Assembly: GCA_002269645.1 (NCBI GenBank)
Contig: NIVC01002472.1
Location: forward strand, 62,001-126,000
Source of the DNA: Macrostomum lignano
Lineage: Eukaryota
Direction: 5' to 3'
DNA length: 64,000 bases
The notes under the pieces are model-generated. The model was not told the DNA's origin and did no database searches. It saw only the letters and a list, made by a program, of their open reading frames with translations. This document shows positions 12,381 through 24,400 of this stretch, piece after piece. The translations under genes were made by a program, and so were the position numbers. Each line of letters opens with the position of its first letter. The first letter of the stretch is position 1.

Positions 12381-13159
12381 ACTCAAATTATCCAGCATGA
12401 AAAACGTTTCTATAAGCCATAGAAATGAACGATTAATGATAGTTATTTATAGTTTAAGTAAGAGATACTTATTTGCAGGGACCGTTCCTGCCGTTCCAAC
12501 ATGTGGATATAATGCTAAACTTTGCGCCATCTTAAAAACAACATTTAATTTCAACAACCTGGCAAAAATTTTCATTTTAAGTGCAACTGATCGAAGATAT
12601 GAGTATTTTAAGTTTAGCTGCAATCACAGAATTTACTGATAGTTCTGTGGCTGCAATGTAAACAAGCGGGCCTTCCTTTTACAAGGTTTTGGTGCTATTC
12701 AAGGTCACACGTAATTTCAGAACGTTTGTTCTTCTATAACACTACCATTGCTGATGTGAAAACTGCGATTTTTATTGCCTAATTCATTCTGTAATTTGCA
12801 AACTTTGCATCTCTACTTGCTAAAGCTGACCTTTGTTAGGCGGAGCTCCTCCCAGGATTTAGTAGCTAAAGTCTATCTAAGACAAGCGCAGTCCAAAAAC
12901 TCTAAAGACAGGGAATGATTTGTCAATTGGTTATCAAAAGAACGCACGGAATTTTTCGGAATTTCCGTCTCTAGTCGACTGCTCGGCGCAGAGGACGTCA
13001 CTGCCTGTTGCTGAGGCATTTCCCATGGGCCCTGAACATGGGAGCCAGTAAAAAGACGAGCAGCAGATGTTCTCTACAAAAAGCAGTAGAAAAACACGAA
13101 GAAGGCTCTACAATTTCTTGCCAGACCAGCCAGAAATCGGCAACCTATACAGCGCAAAA

Positions 13160-14453
13160 ATGGATATAGCAGGACTGGCACCTAAGTTTAACTATACATT
13201 GCAAAGTCTATTGCACGTAATACCAGGTAAGCAACATACCAAACATGCTTTCAGAAATTTCATTTTACAATAACCACCACAACTAAATACCCACTGCAGA
13301 GGTGACCTATCCCGGACTGATTCTTCTGACGTTCGGCGCTACCGTTGGAACGATGGGAAACCTCATGGTCATCGGTGCCATCTTTCTGCAAAAGGTAAAA
13401 TTTTCTTTCAGTATTATTTACAAATCCGTAAATAACACGAACTACGTCTTGAATGTCCAGACGCTGCGCCACGTGGGCAACTTGTTCGTCGTGAACTTGG
13501 CCATTGCCGATCTGTGCATTACGATATTCGTTGACCCGTTCGCTATCACTGGTAAAGTCACTGCACTGACTGCCTTCACAGACGTTGACTTCAACTACAC
13601 AGACTATCCAAATCAAAAACGCAATTCCAGGCGTAATGCACGGCGAGATCTACTTCGAGCAGCGAGTTGCTCTGTGCGAGTTCGTGGCGTCGACCTGCCT
13701 AACCTCCTGCTACTGCTCGCTGCTCAGCATTACCGCTGTAGCCGTCAACCGATGCGTCTTCATCTGCAACAACGCCAGCTACAACAGATTCTTCAACCGG
13801 CGCAGCTGCGTAGCGCTCTGCGTCGGCCTGTGGATTGTGAGCTGGCTGCTGCAGTTTCCCAACTTTGTGGGCTGGGGCGACTTCGCTACGACAGGAAGAA
13901 CTTTGCCTGCGTGTGGAACCGCATGGCTGACAGGTCCTACACGATCTTCTTCTCGTGCTGCGCTGTAGTTGCGCCCAGCATTGTGATCCTCATCTGCTAC
14001 TTTCGCATCTTCGTGCACGTCAGGCAGGCGATGGCTCGGGTGCGCCATCTGCAGCTGGGAAATGCCAGAGATGCGCAGGGCGGAGCTTCGAACAGCGTCC
14101 GACCCGGCGGCAGCGTGGCCTCGATCCGCCTAGCCCGCACTCTGTTCATCGTGTTCGCCGTGCTCGCCTTCTGCTGGGCTCCGTACGCGACCATCGTAGC
14201 TCTGGACTGGGACGACAGCTTCCCGATCCACGTGCACGCCTATGCGATCTTATTTGCCCACACCAACTCGAGCGTCAACTTCATCGTCTACGGGCTCAGC
14301 AACAAGGAGTTCCGCACCGGATATCGCACAGTCTGCGAGCGGCTGCTGCGCCTCATCTGTGGCAGGCGGTTCAGCCCTCAGACCAGCGCTGGAGCGGTGA
14401 ATCTGACAAGCAGGATGGAGATGGAGGTGGCAACAGCTAATAAGAAAAAATAA
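13160..14453 (+). pseudogene. Melatonin-receptor-like class A GPCR, paralogue 1 (1-nt frameshift or assembly error)
   Basis: Exons 13160-13226, 13300-13394, 13461-13551 and 13631-14453. Motifs GNLFVVNLAIADL, NRC at the NRY position, CWAP and NSSVNFIVYG. GACTTCGCTACGAC at about 13886 lacks one C compared with paralogues 2 and 3; the spliced length is 1076 nt (1077 if restored). Confidence 0.85.
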
Positions 14454-15705
14454 CCAAATCAGCGGAACTGAAGCCGCCTGAAACCTGTCGCGTGATTGGA
14501 GCATGATGCTTGGGAACTGTGAGAGATGATATTCAACTCAAAAATTGAATTCCTAAACTACAAATAAGAAACTTTACGTGCGTTTGTTTTTTTTTCAGTT
14601 GGGTGTCGTTTTGCACCATTGTTCTTGTATTTTTTTCAATTTCAATTTGAAAACTATAGTTCAGTGCACACCAGATTAGCCTAAGCTTGTAAGTTGTATA
14701 CATCATACTGATCCTTACTTATTAATCTGCGTCTAGATTGTTCTGTGTTTGAGTTTTTATTTTTGTTAATTTTATGTAAATTCAAATTTTTAATTCAGAA
14801 GAACATTTTATGCTTTGTTCTTAATTGTCCGTCCCTTGACACGTTTTTACCAATCTGTTGTCTTAAACAGGCTTAACCAGACACTCAATTATTAGTGCCC
14901 TGTGATACACTTTAGCTACTACTCCCTATATTTTTCTGTTTTGTTGTGCTAAAAAAATTGGTTCAGTATATTTTAATGATGAGCAGCTTTCTGTTCGAAG
15001 CACAGATTGGTTTCATAATCCTAGAGCTAACTTTTGCGGGTAAAAAATCGAATTTTCTCTTGAAATTGACTCTATATATCTAAAGTACTCGTATATGAAA
15101 ACTTGGTGTTGTGTATTATTGTAATTACCCCTATTTACTCTACCCGATACTTTTTTGCGCATGGGAGTGTGTTTCAATTACTTTTTGTTCTCTCCCAAGT
15201 CCCACCTGACTCTCATCTGAGCTGGGTAACTGGCTAGGACATTGTTCGTCAACCTCAAGTTTCCATTCCCAACCCTTCAGAAAGCTACCAAGATACTAAG
15301 ATGAGATAGTTAAACCAAGCTTTTTTGTTTATCGTATGTCCATGCTACAAGAAGCTTTATACACTTTAGGTAAACACGAGTAAAAACTATAATTCAAAAG
15401 TATTTTGATGTTCGCAGTGACGTCGATGAAAATTGAATTCATGTGCTAATATTTTCTATTTAGTCCGACCGGGTTTAGCTTGGTTGGTGTTGAAACCGTG
15501 GGGCATGGAGCCGGTGCGTTGATACGAGTGATGGTGGGCAATGCCAAGGTCACGTGATCCCCCCCGAAAGTTTGGTGGGCTACTGTCTCGCCAAGAGGCG
15601 TTACCGCGAGAAACTCATGCACCTTAGCATGGTGTCTCCGCAAGCCTTGCGTGCCCGCGCTAACGCAAGCAGCTGCGGATTCGCTGCTGCAGAACATGGA
15701 GCATT

Positions 15706-15776
15706 CAAGGACGACTAAAGTAACGTATTTATATATATATATATATATATAAAGTAACGTACTTAAGTAGTCCTTG
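15706..15776. mobile_element. 71-bp micro-MITE, same family as 11164-11214
   Basis: Ends CAAGGACGACT / AGTAGTCCTTG, 8-bp TSD GGAGCATT (15698-705 / 15777-84), internal (TA)n. Confidence 0.8.
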
Positions 15777-18700
15777 GGAGCATTAGGAACAAGCTGCTCA
15801 AGAAGACGATGCAGATCACAATATCAGCGCGGAGGCGGCTCAGGAGCAGATACAAAGACCTTCTGAAAAAAGATCTGCATTCAATGATAAGATTATTTCA
15901 ATGCTTGCTATATTAAACGCTAATGGAAATTCTGCCTCCAAAAAAATTACACGAACCGTGCGTGTCGCGTGATATACGATAAACGCGGCAGGCACGGACG
16001 AGAACAACGCAAAGGCGGAGACGCGGTGATCAGACTGCTGAAGCTACGCAGGAAAGCCGCTCAACTTAAGAGGGAGGTTGGTGATCTGCAATGCGAGTGT
16101 CCAACCACGAGACCTGTTAAACGCGGCTACAGTGCCAAGCCTGCTGGCCCCAGTTGCTTTCATCCTGATGTGTGCGATTATGTCGGATTAAACCTGGGGG
16201 AAGATAATGGTATGAAGCTGCTTGATAGATTGGTGTCCCTGAGTGCGGCTCAACAATGAACAACAGATCAAGTGCTCTGGCCGGCGCAATGATCTTTTGA
16301 TTTGTGATTTCCTTGACGGCTTTGAGCAGGGGAAAGTGCTGGCTAATATTGGTTCTGGTGAGGCGAATCAGCAGAGCATATGATAGACAATTACAGACAG
16401 ATGACGCGAATGACTAACAAATATGAAGCTGCAGATACGACTGATCTGATGAATTACCTACGCTACTCGATACAGGTAGGCGAGCTGTTTGACGCGGGCT
16501 TCGGTCTTGTGCAGGTGAATCGCTTTGAAGAGGGCTGACACTGGTATGCGCTGGGGCAACGAGTCTTTTTAACCCGTTACTTTGCACTTTAATCAACCAT
16601 GCATTCGTTATCCGTAGATTTAATTTAAAATCAAATCTTTGTCCTCGACGCAAATAAACGTCTGGAACGTCGGCCAGAGGTCTTCGATGTCGGATTGTTG
16701 TACAGGTAGATTAGCTTGGTTGGTTTATTTAGCGCAGGGCGGGCGACTTCTGTCTTGCCAAGTGGCGTCGTACTTTGTACACGCTTTGTGTACTTGCTCC
16801 ACCGCGCACCCACCTCCTCGCTCCGGTCTTAAAGCATTCTCGCGTTGACTTGGCTCGCCTGTCTGTTGGTGTGGTGGCCTTTATCCTTGTTCATTACTGC
16901 TACTCTTTTCCTCTTGATTTTTTCAATCGCAATTTTTTACTCGTTAGCGTCGTAATATATTTGTTTTAACTGCGCCAAGCTTATGGGACTTTTTGTTCAC
17001 TTACGCGCCTCGCTCAACCATGCCGGCCTTCGCGTCGTCTGCCTTCCTTCGTGCTCTGACTATGTCTAGTGAAATTAACTTTAATTATTAAAGTCACGCA
17101 ATTAATTTTTCTTTACCTCTTGAGACTTTTTTGCTAGTCGTTGGATAAATTATTTGGAACAGAAAAAAATAGCAGCATTAAAATTTCAGTTTTCATTAAA
17201 ATTTAAGCCCGCTGTATCCACTTGCAGTCAGATTAAAACGAATCAACTAAAATACAGAAGAATTAAATTTAAGCACTCTATTTGGACTGGAACCAGAGCC
17301 TAATTTTCCTCGTGTCCAAGGTCCCCCGGGCTGTGACGAATCGATCGAATCTCAGATAAGTCTTTGTGATACATTTTAGTACCGTTTATTGTAAGGCACC
17401 TTTAAAAGAAGCTTGCTGCTTTGAATTTCGGAATGAAAATGAGACTAACGAGCATCCCCGACCTTTCTGGTTTTTCAAAGAAAAGACAAAAAGACCTATA
17501 GGTAAAGAATTTCTGGAAAGATCGACTGCAAGCTGCGTGGTGAGTCTGCGGCGTCGAAAATTAAAATTGCACCTGCGACCACAGGACAACGGACGGCGCT
17601 TCACAGCGACCGCGCTCTCTCAAGAAGCCACTCGGATGGGAAACGCACATGATGCGCCAATTAACAGCCTGGCACTATGTGACGACGCTGCTGTAGTCTA
17701 GTCTACACGAATGCAAGAATAAATTGAGCAAAACTGAAAGCCCGAAAATATTGTAATAAGCGGTCACGACATACAATACTTTTAACTTGTACATCTACGC
17801 ACAGTACATGTGCACACACAGTGCATGTACACACAGTAGATGTCAATGTAATTGTGTGATTTTCAATTAATCGCATTCATTGCTTAAAGTGTAATATTTA
17901 TTATACGATATGACAAATAGTTAGGCCCTAAACAAACCTATTTTTTGGAGCGTTCGGAGATTTTAAAGCTATTGGCCCTATTTGTCTATCGCCGGTCGGC
18001 GAGTCCTACCAGCCTTTCTCCAATAGCCGCAGGTACAGTACAAGAAAAAGAAAAACACGATCCGAATAGATGTAGAGAGTGATAATCCTAGTAAGAATAG
18101 CTAAATCGGTTGACTTTGACGATTAAATTTGATTAATTCAGATGAATTACAACTCTTAATACGCAATTTGCAACGCAATTGTTCGAGCACTGATAAACGC
18201 GCAATAGTAACGATAATAACGATTAATAGCAATAAATTAGTTAGATAACGCACTGGCGAGCGGATCTCAGCTGAAGAAGAAGAAAACGAACACGGGACCA
18301 TGAAATCGTGAAAATTTACAACATAACTCGAACATGTACTTGTACTTTCTGGGAGTTCAATCATCTCATAGTGCATTCAGCGTTGTATAGAAACTCGCCA
18401 GTGCAAGAGAGCCCCCTGCAAAATTCCTCCCTGTCCCTGCATGGTCAATGCGATCCATTCCCAGCGGAGGTAAGTCTAGTGAGGTAAGTTCAGTGCCCCC
18501 TTCTAGTCGGAAACCAGTTTTTGAAGAAGCTGGTTTGGTGAGCCAGTTCACACGGATTGGTGGCTATGGGTCAGACTAATCTCCGGATTAGCTGATCCCC
18601 TACTGTACCTATAAAACTTTTCCTTCTTGTCTCTAACTGTCTTCTTATAGCCAAAAAACCTAGCTGCTAGTTGTCATACCTTCGACGGCGGCTGACCATC

Positions 18701-19249
18701 GGACAGATGCTTCGGCGGACTTCGGAGAAGGTCAGATCGCGCTCAGTGATAATTTTCTGCACTCTGAGCCCCCTGAAAGGCCAAACCCATCAATTCCCCT
18801 ACATAGTGCGCCTATGACATGCAAATACCAAGTCGCCTGAGTGAATCTGAACGCGCTAAATATGCGCGTAGTTTTAGGTTGAGAGTTGCTTATTGGGGTT
18901 TGTTGTAGTGTTAGTGAACCCAAACGATAATTAACTGTATTCGCGATTGCAACATGACTACTGCTACGTTAGATTATAGAGCGTTCAAGATCTTACCGAT
19001 TTTTTATAGCCGGTGAAAGTGGCGTGAATTTTTTCTGAAATCCGAATCAGGAAGCAGAACTTGGCTACTGGTAGTAGTAAATACAGTAGAATGCTCAGTG
19101 CAAACCTGATCAGCTTGAAAGACAGGTGGTTATCGCATGCATGGGGATGGATCTAAGACTATTCCCGAGATCCTGAATTGCTTTTGATTGTAAGGTTTAG
19201 CGTTCGTTTCAGTGTCTTTTTGTTGACTGTTCAGTACAATAGCAATTCT

Positions 19250-19610
19250 GGTAGGCTGTGTGCACCCTGGCGAACTTTAAACGGGATTGTATCACAACCG
19301 GCTGGAGGCATTCTGTCCATTCCACCGACTCCACTGAGCAGGCACACAAGTGCAACGATGTGTACGCAGTCATGCGCAGAGGCACACACACATAGGAGTG
19401 TACAGCAGCCCTAACTTTATTGTTAGGCATGTATCAGATACACTTCACTGTGCCTGAGAGGTTGGTCTTCAAGGGCGTTGATTGCACGAGCAGAGCCAAG
19501 CCGAGATTTCAATTTACATGTAGACCCAAATGAATGCGACTGCACTTGGAGTCGAGCCTGGGCCGCTGGCACAATAGAGCGCCGCACTATACCACTGGGC
19601 TACGGTCGAG
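19250..19610 (-). mobile_element. tRNA-derived SINE family B
   Basis: Reverse complement of 12016-12380. The head reads TAGCCCAGTGG...GGCTCGACTCC. Confidence 0.75.
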
Positions 19611-19824
19611 CTATACTTGAGGTTGTGTTTCAGTAATAAATCTTGCCTGTGAAAACAATGCAACATTTTAAAGTCCTCTCTGAATCAGAACAACATCGGA
19701 CATTAGTTCAACAGATGTGCAAGTCCGTCAAGTGAAGTACGCAGGAATTATAGTTGTTGGCGGGGCTGCCACCTAAAGAGCGCCAATATTTGGTGTCCTG
19801 GTTAGCGCTCCTATCCTTTAGGTG

Positions 19825-20180
19825 GGTGCCCGTCTCTTTGGTAGACGCCCCTGTCTCTTTGGTAGACACCACTGTCTCCTTGATAGACGCCCCTGTCTTC
19901 TTGGTAGACGCCCTGTCTCCTTGGTAGACGCCCCGTCTCCTTGAAGACGCCCGTCTCCTTGAAGACGCCCGTCTCCTTGGTAGACGCCCCTGTCTCCTTG
20001 GTGGGCGCCCCTGTCTCCTTGGTACACGCCTCTGTCTCCTTCGTAGACGCCTCTGTCTCCTTGGTAGACGCCTCCGTTTCCTTGGTAGACGCCCCTGTCT
20101 CCTTGGCAGACTCCCTGTCTCCTTGGTAGACGTCCTGACTCCTTTGTGGGCGCCCCTGTCTCCTTGGTGGGCGCCCCGTC
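19825..20180 (-). repeat. GC-rich minisatellite of about 18-21-bp units (CCAAGGAGACAGGGGCGTCTA on the minus strand)
   Basis: Direct tandem units are visible, and they produce the repetitive ORFs in the track. Confidence 0.9.
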
Positions 20181-20799
20181 ACTTAGGCCGTCCGTCAAGC
20201 GAATTTATCAAATTTTCTCGATGTTTCTGCAAACCTAAATTAGAATTTCCGAGCCATATTAAAAATTTCAGCACATTTTTATTCTTGCATACATTTTTAT
20301 TAAAAACTTGCAGCAGCTGCACATTTGTACATTTGCATGTAAAATATTCCGGCCGAAAAGCCAAGGCAAAATCAATGAAAACATCTGAAAGAACCAGTCG
20401 ACCAGAAGTTGAGTGCTATCTTGTTTTAACGCAATTGCACCTGCGACCAGGGGTTCGTGGACCAGTGACAAATCCAGTGCTCTCGAGAAGGCTCTTGAAT
20501 ATAGAATACATGCATTGGGCAATCTCATTAGACCGAGAAGCACCTGAAGGCTCAATATACACTCCAATCTGATGATTGGACAAAAGCTTTTGAGGAGGAT
20601 TTATGGAAAATAACTTCAAGTACATTATTTTTAGTACACAGCACAAGCTAGTGCTTGATTATTTCTACGAGTATTTTAGGGCACACTCGTGCTTTCTAAG
20701 AATCCTAAAATAATATGAATTGCGTTGGCAGATGATTAAATATTATACATTAGCCATCGGAAGCACTGGACTGCTGCTGGCGAATCCTCAAATACATGC

Positions 20800-21000
20800 A
20801 AGGGTTAAGCAATGGTTCGATTCCATGTGCGGCCACAGTAATTCGAGGGTCCGGGGGTTGTAGCGCGACTCAAAGGCATCAGGGCCAACCCTCCCAAGGC
20901 TCAGAGAGTGCACATGCCACACGATTAGAAAGTCATGGGCCGATGTACACTCTGTGTGACTATGCACAGTGCGCACCTGGCGCCCCAGACGGGATACCAT
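20800..21000 (+). mobile_element. Diverged copy of SINE family B
   Basis: Collinear motifs AGGGCCAACCC, AAGGC.CAG, GGGCCG.TGTACAC and TGTGTGA are shared with 12140-12230. Confidence 0.55.
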
Positions 21001-21484
21001 TAAAAAGCCTATTTTTCCAACCTTGACAATGAAAAGTGACCAGTTTAATTCTGGAAGCTTAGTCGCATTTTTTCAGCGACAAATCTGTTGTCAGAGTACA
21101 ATCTGTAAGATCTACACGAAGTCACTGGATTTATTTGACTTAATTTCAACATAGAAGTAGTTGCTGGTACCAACCCTGCATGGAGCTCGTTTTGTCAATT
21201 CAATTTTTATGGGAATTGGACCAATTTATTTTTTCTAAGAAATATGTCGAGAAAATGCGGAAAACTTGTCTCGTGCACGAATTATGTTTTGCCGTCAGTA
21301 ATTTTGTCTTTTATCTATGTCTACACTCTTATCTTTCTTGCTTGTCGTAAAACTGCGTTAATAGAAGAAGTTATCCATCAGTAGTTCTTACAAGAAACTA
21401 AATCTGAAGATATAAATTCAACACATAAATATCTATTGCAAATTAGCTACGTTCACTTTGGACAGTAGACCTGTAATAAATTAG

Positions 21485-24400
21485 TTCGGCATTCGACAGC
21501 GCACTGCAGCCAGATCATTCAAGTCCTGAAGACGAATGTCAAGGACCAGGCCCTCCACATCCAGCCCGCCGACAGCCAGTCTGGGCAGCAGCTCCTTGAG
21601 ACGCTGAAAGCCTTCGACTGGGGTGCAGAGCTGGGAAACCTGTTGATATACAGGGAGGACGAGCGAACCCGGACACACCGGCACCGTGCCTGGATTCCCG
21701 CTCGCAGCGCCATCACCAACGCCGACGAGCTGCGCCGCCTGCTGCTGGCAACCAATCCGGACCTGCCGGCAAATTGCGTCGTGGTTCATGAAACTACCTC
21801 CAAGCCGGGCGGAGACGGTTTCCAGCAATCCTCCGACTGTCAGATAGCTGGATGCTCCGCTCTCCGGACATTTCCCTTATTTCTGCCGGGCTGATGCGGA
21901 TCAAAATCTTTAGTTTTGAATCTGACACCACCCGTCCACCGCCCGCTGAGAAGCGTATGCGGGCAAGCGGGAGCTCTGCCGGGCCAAAGCGCTCTGGAAA
22001 AGGAGCCTGTGCGCCACGACCCCTCCAAGGCCGAGGACCCCGTTAAGAGAAAAGCCGCGAAAGCTGCAACAACAGACGGACTTGTAAAGGACCGGAAACC
22101 CGCCCGGAACACTATCCGCTCTGGTCTGACTCAGCGCCGAAACAGCTGCTGGACACCGCCAAGGCTCAAAACCGCAGCAACCCCCAGCAGTATCACCACT
22201 GCGCCCCCCCCCGGAAAAACGGGCCGAGAGTGCGAATGCCACCCCTGTGGCAGCCCCGCCCTCGACCATGGAAACTATCCAGGAGGAGCCCATGGAACTG
22301 GAGCCTAGAGCTATCGGCGAGGTGGAAGAGGCAGCTCTCCTGCACAACTCGCCCTGAGCAAGCAGGAAGCTGCACGGACCACCCGTGGAATTCCGGGAGT
22401 GGACATCCCGCAGCTGAACCTGCACCACTGCATCGCGGCCTCGACCAACCTGATGCAGTTGGCCAACTTCGCAAAACCGGGCATCATCCTACTTCAGGAG
22501 CCCTGGGTGAATAAAGGTAAGATTCCAAATATTCCTGCTGGTTTTGACTGTTTTCAGGACCCCCAAAATCCCAGAGCAGCCATTATAGTATCTACCCACC
22601 TCAAAGCTTGGCACAGACCGGACCTCTCTGTCAGAGACCTCTGTGTCATTCAATCCAGTCACATCATCGCCTACCACACGATCATTATCGCCTCGATTTA
22701 CATTCCTGGCGACGGTCCCGCGGTTCCGCCTAACCTCACCTCCCTCGTGGATTATTGCTCTGACCGCAGGTTCGAGCTGCTGGTGGCGGGCGACATTAAC
22801 GCGCACCACACCTGGGGCAGTAACGCCTCAAACAGCAGAGGCGAGGAACTCCTTGCTTACATCTGCACCACAACAACAACAAGGTACTGCTCCAGCCGGC
22901 CACGCAGTAGCCAGAAAGGGGGGAGCAGTCAGAAAGCGCGTCTCTGGGCCATTGCCCTCAGGAAGTCGCATCCCCCTGCTTGGTCCGGGGCGCCAGCGTC
23001 ACTCAGAAGTCGGTCAGGGTATCGCACCGTTCGCCCTTGGCCTCGCCTCCGCGGTCCCTGCAGCTTGAGCAGCAGCACGTCGTGTAGCGGCTCAGGACAG
23101 CGGGCCTCCGACCGGATGACGTGGCCAGCCAGTCGAAGTCGCCGCCCGCGCAGCAGGTCAGAAGGCCGCGTCAGGCGCGCCCTAGTGTAGAGCGCAGAGT
23201 TGGTCTCGCTGCCTGGGCCGCTGCGCACTCCGAAAGCCGCACGCAGCATTGCCGCATGCGCAGCGTCCAGCTGCCTCTCCAAGGCGTCCGTCAGGGTCCA
23301 AGTCTCGGCGTTGTACAACAGGACAGTCTCGACGACTGCCTGAAACAGCCGAGCCTTGAGCCCGTCGTCCAGGGCCTCAGATTGGAGCACGGAGCGCACA
23401 GATCAAAATGCGGCCCAGGCCAGTCCTCGTCGTCTCTTCAGGTCGTCGGCAACGCCCGGCACGGAACCGCCGAGGTACACAAAGCGCTCGCAGCGGGTAA
23501 GCATAAATGCATTCCCGGCAGCGTCTCGGTAATTGATCTCGGCCGGCAAGTCGGAGGGCACCGTGAACACTACCGTCTTCCGCGCGTTCAGCTTAAGGCC
23601 GACCCGCGACGCTGCCGCCGTCAGGCCATCAAGCAGCCGCTGGGCTCCTTCAGCCGTCGATGAAAGTAGCGCGAGGTCGTCCGCGTAGCCGAGAACGGAG
23701 AGCCGCTTCTCCGGGTGCCGCCGACTCGTGCGTCTTCTCAAAAGGAAGCATTGCACCACCAATACTGAGTTTTGCAATATAGGTGGAACTCCCACCTTCG
23801 ACAACGGACGATGGACGGAGGCCCTCGACGTGACCCTCGTCTCCCACGACCTGGCTCCTCTGGTCAAGGACTGGGAGGTGTGGGACGAAGAGGAGTCTCT
23901 GTCTGACCATCGCTTTGTTCGCTTTCGAATGCAATCCTCTTGCCCCAAACCTAACATCCTGTGGAAAAGGAACGTTCGGAAGACTGACTGGACGGCTTTC
24001 GCGCAAACCCTTAAATGCCAGATTGATCAGCTGACCACCGCCGCTCCAACCACCTGTCAGGAAGTGGATGATCTTGCTGACTTGCTCAGCAAAACCGTTC
24101 TGACAGCTCATGAGGCTTACTGTCCTCTTAAAGCCTACAAAGGAAAAAAATCCGCCCCTTGGTGGCACCCAGCACTTGGATCTCTCCGGCGCAAGGCAAA
24201 TTGCCTCCAACAGAAAGCTCTGACGCCAATACTGCGCGGAGTTAGAAGGCACCCGCCGTACTTCACGCGTGGTTAAGGCTCTCACCCTTGACAAAAGTTC
24301 AAAGCTCTCAGTCATTTTAAAAGACCGAATGGCCGGCTCGCTGAGAACCCCAAGGAATCGCTGGACATCATGCTCACCAGCTCTTTCCCATGTGCCGCAC

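Noticed and set aside
16631-16813. MGARWSK ORF resembling a myristoylated viral protein
   Set aside because: The start is GTG, not ATG; the ORF is short and has no supporting viral genes.
17566-17583. AATTGCACCTGCGACCA shared with 20432-20448 (NCTCD, EGF-like)
   Set aside because: Only 17 bp match, and no spliceable EGF exon could be built.
17771-17823. Imperfect 53-bp hairpin
   Set aside because: It is built from TACATG/TGCA words that are common throughout this window, and has no TSD.
19811-20198. Repetitive ORFs (KETGAS.., GVYQGDR..) and those at 60525-61619 and 42551-42874
   Set aside because: They are translations of minisatellites, open in several frames on both strands.
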